Virus record (IMG/VR): IMGVR_UViG_3300028920_000064
Coordinates: 1-64,000 of that record
Strand: one strand, 5' to 3'
DNA length: 64,000 nt
DNA from: a virus
Each line of letters begins with the position of its first letter. Within the stretch, counting starts at the first letter, position 1. Both the position numbers and the translations under genes were made by a program. The notes under the pieces were generated by a model that made no database searches, was not told the origin of the DNA, and saw only the letters and a list, made by a program, of their open reading frames with translations. Positions 37,427 to 46,500 of this stretch are shown piece by piece.

Positions 37427-38190
37427 TATCGTTTCGGTGTTTGCCTGCTGTGCTTATAAACGTGCCTGCGGTATTCATCTGCCGTAAATGCGCTTTGGAA
37501 GAAGTCCAGGGCATGAACCTGTTCTTCATACTGAGCCTTTTTCCTTTCCTTCTCTGTGGCTGATACTTTGGAGTCGTTTTCGATCAATTGCCAGAAGGCA
37601 TAGGCCCTTAATGCTGAAACGGCTTCCCGGGGGATGACCGTTGTGCCTTGCAGCTTTACACCAGTGGAGATATATTCCAGGACTATCTCTGCCCTGGGGA
37701 TGGATCCGGAGAATATGATCGTCCTCTTTTCCCTGTCAAATCGATAAAAAGCCTGATCTGCCCCGGGCATACCATAAAGGCCGGCCACAAACTGACCGTT
37801 CCTTGTATGCTCAGTGAAATAAAGGTTTTCCGTAAATGAAGAAATATTGCTATCGGTATTCCCAACCTCCTCTCCATCAACAAATGTTCGGGGAAACAAT
37901 ATCTGCTTATGATTGGTAAGCACCCTCAGCTTGCCGGCTATTGGAATGCCTATTTTTAGCCAATCAACAAAGTCTGCAGGAACATCAACAGTCTTTGCCT
38001 CAGACATTCGCAGATAAACCACCTCAATATTGTCCAGGTGCCATAAGTTGAGATCTGAATATCCTTCGATAACTATCTGTTCCAGGAAGGAATAATGCCT
38101 CATTGAATAGTCCCTGAGCCTATTGAGAACACTCATAACCACATAATTGATAGTGGTTGTCCCTTGAATTTTTGGATTTTCTGTACTCAT
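37426..38190 (-). CDS. Tail ring (tubular) protein
   Basis: VP.DFVDWLKIG, IVLEYISTG, ALRAYAFWQ; synteny before the muzzle gene. Confidence 0.7.
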   Translation of the reverse strand: MSTENPKIQGTTTINYVVMSVLNRLRDYSMRHYSFLEQIVIEGYSDLNLWHLDNIEVVYLRMSEAKTVDVPADFVDWLKIGIPIAGKLRVLTNHKQILFPRTFVDGEEVGNTDSNISSFTENLYFTEHTRNGQFVAGLYGMPGADQAFYRFDREKRTIIFSGSIPRAEIVLEYISTGVKLQGTTVIPREAVSALRAYAFWQLIENDSKVSATEKERKKAQYEEQVHALDFFQSAFTADEYRRHVYKHSRQTPKR

Positions 38191-38813
38191 CGCTGATTGG
38201 CTTTATTGTCATTAATAGTGTCCTCCCCTGGCTTTTCCCTCAACAAGCCGATCACGGCCTGGATAAGCAGCTCCTCTTTGCCGGCAGGGACGGAGATCGT
38301 TTCAAAATCATCAACCTGGTCAAAAGGAACAATCATCTTAACCTTGACAGCTGAACAACCATCAGGCACCTGGCCCAGGACTAATACGTGGGAATTGATT
38401 TCCGTCCCGGCGTTTTTCTCAAGATAAAAGGTCGGCTTATTGCTAACCTGCCCCACATCCAGGGCGTTGAAAACCGAATTGGCGTTTGTCTCCCTGTACG
38501 CAAAGGTGTTTGTGAGATCTGTGCCGGCAGACACCTGCAGGATCCCCATGCCATTTGGCAACTGTACCGGAGGATATGGTAACAACGCCCGATCATTAAC
38601 AATATTTACATCATGGTTCAGAGCCCAAGCATCCAACACACTATAATCGCTGTGCATCTTACCCTCTAGGTATGTTGCCATGACAACGGAGTTGTAGCCA
38701 AGTGCAAGCAGGTTTGAAATGATCTCAGGGTGATATCTGCCCTTCACATCGTCCGGAGCATCACCCCCGGCCAGGTAATCCTGCACCAATTCGATTAAAT
38801 GTATCTTTCTCAT
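38187..38813 (-). CDS. Tail ring (tubular) protein
   Basis: 208 aa, LP.PPVQLP, C-terminal D.INDN; synteny. Confidence 0.65.
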   Translation of the reverse strand: MRKIHLIELVQDYLAGGDAPDDVKGRYHPEIISNLLALGYNSVVMATYLEGKMHSDYSVLDAWALNHDVNIVNDRALLPYPPVQLPNGMGILQVSAGTDLTNTFAYRETNANSVFNALDVGQVSNKPTFYLEKNAGTEINSHVLVLGQVPDGCSAVKVKMIVPFDQVDDFETISVPAGKEELLIQAVIGLLREKPGEDTINDNKANQR

Positions 38814-38965
38814 TTCTTCCTCTTTTTACTGGTTTTCCCTTTGGTCCAGCCACCGCCTTTTTTCCGCTTAATACCGGTGCTTTTGACGCAGATCCCGTAG
38901 GCGTTTGATTTACTCTTCCCGGATTTCCGCACCTTCTTGACGCACCGTTCAAGTTTTGCAGGCAT
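38810..38965 (-). CDS. Tiny basic protein 3 (51 aa, absent from ORF track)
   Basis: MPAKLERCVKKVRKSGKSKSNAYGICVKSTGIKRKKGGGWTKGKTSKKRKK; its stop overlaps the next ATG (ATGA). Confidence 0.8.
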   Translation of the reverse strand: MPAKLERCVKKVRKSGKSKSNAYGICVKSTGIKRKKGGGWTKGKTSKKRKK

Positions 38966-38967
38966 GA

Positions 38968-39078
38968 CTATTTCTTCTTACCTGTTTTCATCACCTTGCG
39001 TGCTGACTTCTTGTAGCCAGTTGCCTTGGGCTTTGACGATCTCATCGCCTTGCCCATTTTCTTCTTCCTGCACCCCAT
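38968..39078 (-). CDS. Tiny basic protein 2 (36 aa, absent from ORF track)
   Basis: MGCRKKKMGKAMRSSKPKATGYKKSARKVMKTGKKK; TGATG overlap with the upstream gene; 2-nt gap to the next gene. Confidence 0.7.
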   Translation of the reverse strand: MGCRKKKMGKAMRSSKPKATGYKKSARKVMKTGKKK

Positions 39079-39266
39079 CACTTCATGCTTTTAGGCGGTT
39101 TCTTCCTTTGCACTTTCTTTCCCGTCCTGGTCTTGATGTAATTGCCAGGGGGCATTCCATAGTCCTTTGAGTAGCGTCCCTTCTTTTTCACTTCCATCCG
39201 GGCAGCTTTCCTCCTGCCCTTAGCTCCTGTCAATGCGCCGCTTCCGCGCTTCGGTTTTTTTGCCAT
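39078..39266 (-). CDS. Tiny basic protein 1 (62 aa)
   Basis: K/R/G-rich with almost no acidic residues; in operon. Confidence 0.75.
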   Translation of the reverse strand: MAKKPKRGSGALTGAKGRRKAARMEVKKKGRYSKDYGMPPGNYIKTRTGKKVQRKKPPKSMK

Positions 39267-39281
39267 GATATCATGTTTAAG

Positions 39282-39986
39282 TTACACTCCTTGAGCCTTA
39301 TGCTGTTCAGCATATTGCTCCAATTGTTGCTCACGGATGTTTATTCCAATATAACTGAGGATCATCATCGTGAGATCCCGGTGTAGGTGTTGAGGCCATT
39401 CATATTCAACCGGTGATGCCCCCTCGGTGATATATCCTGTTTCCTGTACATAATCGAAAACCGGATCCAGAGGATACCTGATATAGGCGAAATCAACTTG
39501 CGCTATGGATGTGGGGTACACATAAATGCCATCGCTACGCATCACACAGGCCGGATTCTTGGCCGTTGGCTCCTTGGTGAAGTTCCCGGACCTGTCAGAA
39601 TATTCGTCCTCTGTAAGGCTCTCTACGGGCTTCCAGAGGACCTTTGGCGATCCATCGACCTGTCGTTGATATCCGTAGCGCATGGCATCAAACCCAAAAT
39701 AGTCTACTGGGTAGGCCACCACACCACCCGCTACGGCTTGTGCAGCCACTCTTTTTTTCAGGAACCTGGTTTCATCAGTCAGCCTTTGGGTAGCATCCAG
39801 GTATTGACGAGATATGGGAGCGCCCAGCTGATAATCTTCCGGAAGCCCCATCTTTACCTTAAACAGGTCCATATTTGCAACCTTTACCAGCTGCGCAAAC
39901 CTGTCAGGTGTTATCACATTACCCTCATAATCCTTGTCGGCAATGTAATTTATCAGTTCCCATTGTTCAAAAAGTGTCATAATCAA
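39282..39986 (-). CDS. Tail ring (tubular) protein
   Basis: INYIADK...G..ITPDRF, YPVDY, IYVYP, YIRYP.DP, ILSYIGINIRE. Confidence 0.75.
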   Translation of the reverse strand: MIMTLFEQWELINYIADKDYEGNVITPDRFAQLVKVANMDLFKVKMGLPEDYQLGAPISRQYLDATQRLTDETRFLKKRVAAQAVAGGVVAYPVDYFGFDAMRYGYQRQVDGSPKVLWKPVESLTEDEYSDRSGNFTKEPTAKNPACVMRSDGIYVYPTSIAQVDFAYIRYPLDPVFDYVQETGYITEGASPVEYEWPQHLHRDLTMMILSYIGINIREQQLEQYAEQHKAQGV

Positions 39987-39989
39987 TTG

Positions 39990-40505
39990 TTATTTTGTGT
40001 CATCCACCATCCAAAAGATCAGGTCCATTACATTTTGGGGGCATTTTTCGTGCGCCTCCATCAGAGAGAGAGGAACCATGAAGGGTTTGAAATCGGTGTC
40101 ATCTTCAATAAATTCCTCATTGTACTTCTTCACCTTGTCATCATGCTTGTCCATCTCCTCCTTGTACTTCTTTTCCAGTTTGGCCAGGTCCTTCCGATAT
40201 GCGCTTGCCTCGTCATCCTGCCCCTCAATGTCGTAGATCATCTGGAACGTGCCAGGATCGATCCCCGGGGTCCTTTTCAGCACAGGTTCCCCTTTCTTAT
40301 CCTTCACGGAATGCTTTTTGGCCAACTCCTCCCGTTCTTTTTTGAATTTCTCCATCTCTTCTGACATCTTGATGGTCAATTCCATGTCCTCAATCTCATC
40401 CTTCACCAAGCGTTTGTTCTTGTTAACTGCATAGGTTACCCTGGGATGTTCAAATCTTGCCATGTTCAGCCCTTGCCTGAATGTGTACAAATCTTTCTTT
40501 TTCAT
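39990..40505 (-). CDS. Charged helical protein after the tail fibre (DUF1617-like, possible fibre chaperone)
   Basis: YAVNKNKR...ERE.LAKKH..KD..GEP motif; position. Confidence 0.5.
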   Translation of the reverse strand: MKKKDLYTFRQGLNMARFEHPRVTYAVNKNKRLVKDEIEDMELTIKMSEEMEKFKKEREELAKKHSVKDKKGEPVLKRTPGIDPGTFQMIYDIEGQDDEASAYRKDLAKLEKKYKEEMDKHDDKVKKYNEEFIEDDTDFKPFMVPLSLMEAHEKCPQNVMDLIFWMVDDTK

Positions 40506-40540
40506 AGTAATTGATGTTGTTGGTTAATAATCATATAAAG

Positions 40541-43500
40541 TTACACTATATTAAGTTTGCTTTTAAGATCTTCTATCTCTAATTGTTGCTCTTTTACAGC
40601 ATTGACCAGCAAGGCAACCACTCCGTCATAATCTATGTTTAGATAATCAGTTTGGCCAAGTTTCCTTACAGCCTCTGGCAACACTGCCTGGACATCTTGA
40701 GCTGACAGGCCGGCTCTCATGCTACCATCCAGGCCCGTTTCTATCTGTCCTTGTTCGTTTAAGCTGTACAGGAATCCTTCAAGGGCCATCACCTTCTGTG
40801 TTGCGCTAGAGATGACGCACTCGTAATTTTTCAACCGGATATCAGAAGTAGAAGCCCCTCTTCTTACCTCGTTGGTAGTGCTGTCATAAGTAAGGTAATA
40901 ATCACCCGCTGTTGTATTGATGCTGGTGATGTGTATGGTGTCTACAAATATGTCATCAAAAGGATACCCAGCATTCCCAAGATTCACATCACCACCTGCG
41001 CCTGAACTTGGGATAATGCTATAATAGGGCCAAATACCACCTGCCCCTATACCCAAATGTCGATTACTACTTCCGTAAAAATAAATATATCCAGGCGTGT
41101 TACTGCCTTGAATCCAAACAGTATTGGCTCCAAATTCTAAATGCTCAGTATCAGCCAGTCTTATATCATCGCCAGAGGTGGCTGGGGTAATTACATTAGA
41201 AGTCACATCCCAGGCCCCACCGCCTGCTGTACCATAGGTAAGCAGTCCGGATGTGGTGTTGTAATAAACCACGTTTGTCTCCGATCCCTTTGCTTCAAGA
41301 TGTCCTGCAGAACCGGTTCCAAAATATATCTGACCATCCGTTCCGGCGGTAAGGGCCAAGCCTCTCTTTAAATACAGGTTCCCGCCATTTCCCCCTGCGC
41401 TATCACCTCCTGCTACTGTCAAATTCCCCCCTGCTGAGGTATCAATACTTTGTTTTGCCTGTAAACTATTTGTTACGACATAACTCCAAGGAAATGTCGG
41501 TGAACCAAGAGAGCCTGGGGTTGATCCTGGGAAAATACCTCTGTTATTGTTTAATGTTAAACTGCCTACGTTTGTTGCATTCTGAGCATTGAAATTGATT
41601 GTCGCATCAGCAACAGATATACTTGTGGTGCCATTACCTACGATCAAATAATTATCAGTAAGGGTTCCGGATGCTGTTACGTCTCCGCTTCCACCAGCGA
41701 GGTCGGACAACGTGTAGGATCCCGTACTATCTGTCAACTCCATTTCGGTCCCGTCTACATCGATATATACAGAGGCGCTGTCTACATACAGCCTGTTCAC
41801 ATAGGCGTTATTCCAATAATATGAGCTTGATCCTAACTCCAATGTTTTAGTTGCATTTGGGATCACATTCAGGTATGGCCGTATTGATAAAGCTCCCACC
41901 AATAACGCAGTACCACTATTACACGTTATATTGATACTGTTAGCTGCTGATTCAAAAATATAGGTATCACCGTCACCAAAGGTTATTCTTTCAGTGGTAT
42001 TGGCCAAAAGGATGTCATCCCCTGGATTTGTTGGACTTAAATTGGTGCCGGTCCTTGTCCATGCTGAATTTGCAACGCCATCAGCGTAATCTTTGACTGC
42101 CGCCCAGTCGGGTATCCACCGATCCAGTGTAGTTCCCACAGTAGAATAATCATCTGCATATTGAAATCCAATTGAATCTTCAGTATCCGTTACTGTTATC
42201 GCATCGACATCAAACTGTATATTTTTAACTGTACTAGGTGGTCCGGAAACAGAGTTTACCCATCCAATAGCGGTAAGCCCGCCAGAATAAAGAGTTGAAT
42301 TAGTTCCTGACAAAGCCCCAAAACTTTGTACATAACTAGAAGCGCCAATCGTTCCAACATAAAATGTTCTGCTTGTTCCACTAAAAGCTACACTGCTAGT
42401 AAGTGCGCCTCCCAGGTCTACATTACCTGCAACCTCAGTAAGTCCAGAATCAAATGTGTAATAAGAAGAAGCCGCTGTGTCTGCATAACCTTTGACTGCC
42501 GCCCAGTCGGGGATCCATCGATCAAGGGAACTGCCCGCGGCAGAATAATTGGCATTATAAACCATCCCAATGAGATCCTGCTCGTCATATACAGTAAAAT
42601 TATCTGCCCCGATATGGAATCCTTTTGGATCAGTAAACACACAAACTAAGTTTATTTCTGGATCATTATAAGGGCTTATGTGAAGATATCCGTAAGATGA
42701 AACGCTAAATTGGGCTTGTATTAGTATATCATCTTCGGAGGAAACATTAAAGTATTGAATTTGCTGATTACTACCGTAGGTTCCAAACGTAATCCCATAA
42801 ATATTACCTCCGTTGATTGTAACGTCTGTGCTTAAAGTTCCGCCCCAATCTACATTGCCTCCGGCCTCAGTGATACCGCTATCAAAGGTGTAAACCGTTG
42901 CTGCGCCAATTGCGGCAAACACAGCGCCTGATGTGGGTATGTGGGTATCATCGTCCGTGAGGGTTGTTTCCACAGTATCAACACTGCCTGAACCTGTGAG
43001 AGATCCATATACCCCTGCAGCCGTTCTCCTTAAAATACCATTTGAACCAAAATCACCATCTACCACCACATCAGAGTGTGAGGTTTCATACGTGCTTACA
43101 CCGGTATTAAAATCTGAGATATCAGCATACCCAATTGAATGCGGGTTTCCAGTGGTGATCTGGCTGTGTGAGTATGCTGTATCCCAGTTTGAAGAGCTAT
43201 CTGTGATTGTATCATATACCCCAGCTGCAGTTCTTCGCATCAGCCCATTGGCGGTAAAGTCACCATCAACAATAACATCAGCATGAGATGTCTCATAAGT
43301 GCTTACTCCGGTGTTGAAGTCCGTGATATCTGCATATCCAATGCTGTGAGGATTCCCTGTGGTAATTTGGCTATGGGAATAAGCGGTGTTCCAATTGGCA
43401 GAGTTATCCGTGATTGAGGTGTCCCATCCTGATCCGGTGGAGAGGGCTATTCCCGCACCTGGATACACCATTCCACCACCAGAGGGTGCATCAGCGTAGG

Positions 43501-46500
43501 TGAGTTCACCAGTAGTGCGGTTGTAATAAATGATCGATGTGCCGGTGCCTGTTCCTGTGATGTCTGGGAGGTATACTTCATCACGAATAGTCACCCCTGC
43601 GTCAGTTGTAAGCTCTAAGAGCACATCCGCTTCAAGGCCATCGTTTGAAACTGCCGCCCTCAAGGTGCCGCCCAGTGTCGTGTTGTCGGACGCTACCCAA
43701 AGCCCGATGCCGGTAACAGCATTCAGGGCTGGATCACCGCCTCCTAAGCTGAGGGTGCTGGTTGAGATCTGACTTCCGTATCGAATAAGAGCTACATCCT
43801 CCTCCGCATTGGTATAGTGCACCCCTACTAATGCCCCAGTCTTAACGGTTGAATTGGTCCTGGTTGTCCAGTCGTTATTATCACCTCCAACTTTTATCTT
43901 CTTCCCATACTGATCCAGTTCGGCAGCATTGTATAGCGTCAAATTAGTTGGAGTAATCTCAGCTGTTAACGTACCAGTAGTAGTTGTGTTATTAGCTGCC
44001 ACATAAAAATTAATTCCTGTTACTGTATTCGCAAGGGCACTGCCCCCTCCCAAAAGCATCAAATTTGCCGTACTGCCAGAAGAAACATATAAACCTCCGA
44101 CATCCTCCTCAGATAAAGAATAATGTGGAAATACAATACCTCCCCATTTTAATGTATTATCAGTTCTTGAAGCAAACCCCGGTAAATCTGCCCCTATTTT
44201 CGCGACAAACCCAACCTGATCCAACTCAGCACCGTTGAGTAACTGGAGAGTAGAGCCATCAAAGGTCATGTACTGCTCTGCGTTCAATATATCTGTAGTG
44301 GCCGTTGAGGTTACTACACGATTATCGCCCTGGTTGTTGACGGAAACATCTGATGTTCCAGTAGGCGCATCTCCATAGGTAAGTTCGCCCGTTGTGCGAT
44401 TGAAATACACTATCGATGTGCCGGTGCCTGTACCTCCGATACCTGGGAGGTAAACCTCATCGTTGATGGTTACTCCGTCATCAGTGTTGAGTTCGGAAAT
44501 GTTGTTTACATTTAACCCAATAGAATCAAATGTACCAGCTCTACTCCCTACCGTAGTTGTTTGATCACCCGCTGTCCAAAATGAAATTAATGTTGCTGTA
44601 TTATGCAGGGCACTACCCCCTCCGATAAAAACTTGATTTGACGTATCATTAACAAGGTGCCCTATAGTAAGTATATCCTCTTCATCATTGTCATAGTGAG
44701 GTCCAGTTATTAAACCATTTTTAGCTGTGTTGTCTGTTCTGGCTAAATGATCCGATAAATCAGCACCTAATTTTAAAGTTAGACCATACTGATCCAGTTC
44801 GGCAGCGTTGTATAGCGTCAAATTAGTTGGAGTAATCTCAGCTGTTAACGTACCAGTAGTAGTTGTGTTATTAGCTGCCGTATAGAAAGCATGTCTTGTG
44901 ACAGTGTTTAAATCAGCAGCACCGCCTCCGTAAAATATCACATTAGTCGTTGCCGTTGATGAGACTAGACTTACGGCAACATCTTCTTCAGCATTCGTGT
45001 AATGAGGCACAACAACGCCCCCGGCTTTTATTGTAGCATCTGTTCTGGCTGTGTATGACCCAGCATCACTGCCAACTTTTATGTAAACCCCATACTGATC
45101 CAGTTCGGCAGCATTGTATAGCGTCAAACTTGTAGGATCTAAGAATGCCGTTAGCGTTCCAGAGGTAGTTGTAGTATTCGCTGCTGTAAAAAAGCCGACA
45201 CCCGTTGCTGCATTTCCTAAACCGTTACCACCACCGATGTTTACAGCATTCCCCCCGCTATTATTGTACCCATAAATTAAAATAGTATTTTCTTCGGCTG
45301 TATTATAATGAGGAACAGCTATCATCCCTCCTTTTGCTACAGCGTCAGTTCGTGATGTAAAACCGCCAGCCGTATCAGCCCCTATTATTGCGGAGAATCC
45401 ATACTGATCCAGTTCGGCACCGTTGAGGAGTGTCAGCGCGGATCCATCAAAGGTGGCATACTGTTCAGCGTTCAGGGCATCAGTGGTCCCTGTGGCTGTG
45501 ATAAGCCTATCGTCCCCCTGGTTGGCCACGGACACATTGGATGAGCCGTAGGTGAGGTCATCATCAAATCCGGAAAGTGTTATTCCGCTTCTCACCCCTG
45601 TCAGCTCCGTCCATGCTACCTGGTGGGGGTTGCCAGAAGTAACCTGTGAGTGAGAATATGCTGTGTTCCAGTTGGTGCTGTTATCGGTGATCGATGTATC
45701 CCAGGCCGATCCGGTGGAAACAGCGATGCCGGCTGCAGGGTATACCATAGAGCCTGCACCCTCATCAGCATAAGTTACCTCACCTGTGGTTCTGTTGTAG
45801 TACAGGATGGAAGTGCCGGTGCCGGTGCCTCCGATACCGGGAAGGTAAACCTCGTCATTGATCGTTACCCCTGCGGCCCCTGTCAGCTCTCCGATGGCGT
45901 TTACATGAAGTCCGTCAATATCGATTAATGCGGTAAGAGTTCCGGTCAAAGTGGTATTGTTGGCTGCCGTAACCAGTCTTATTTCGGTAACAGCGTTTTT
46001 AGCCGTGTTGCCACCTCCTATATATAGGCGGCTATTTGTACCGTCAACTACAACTGAAAGCCCTACAACATTTTCTTCAGAATTAGTATAATGAGGAAAC
46101 GTGATCGCCCCTAGCTTTGCTGTTGCATCCGTTCTCCCTCCTCCTGATGGAAAGTCACTGCCAAGAACAAGATAGTCTCCATAATGATCAAGAAATACAC
46201 CGTTAAGCAACGTCAGCGATGTCCCATCATACAGTACATTTTCCTCAGCATTCAGCACATCTGTTGTGGCTGTTGAGGTTACAACCCTGTTGTCTCCCTG
46301 GTTGGTTACCGATACATCAGAGGTTCCGCTTGGTGCATCCCCGTATGTCAGCTCCCCAGTGGACCTGTTGTAATACACAATGGAGGTCCCTGTTCCGGAT
46401 CCCCCGATGGTGGGCATATACACCTCGTCATTGATCGTTACTCCGGCAGCAGCTGTCAGTTCTCCGATGGTGTCTACGTAAAAACCATTTATATCAATAA

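Noticed and set aside
38761-38952. 63-aa minus-strand ORF from the track
   Set aside because: Non-ATG start and a 53-nt overlap with the ring gene; the ATG-initiated frame 38965-38810 tiles the gap exactly
39498-40364. 288-aa plus-strand ORF
   Set aside because: Antisense shadow of two well-supported minus-strand genes; no recognisable motifs
43905-44879. 96-bp repeat pair as a DGR template/variable repeat
   Set aside because: Both copies are in frame in the middle of the gene, the single difference is synonymous (AAT/AAC), and no reverse transcriptase is present in the window
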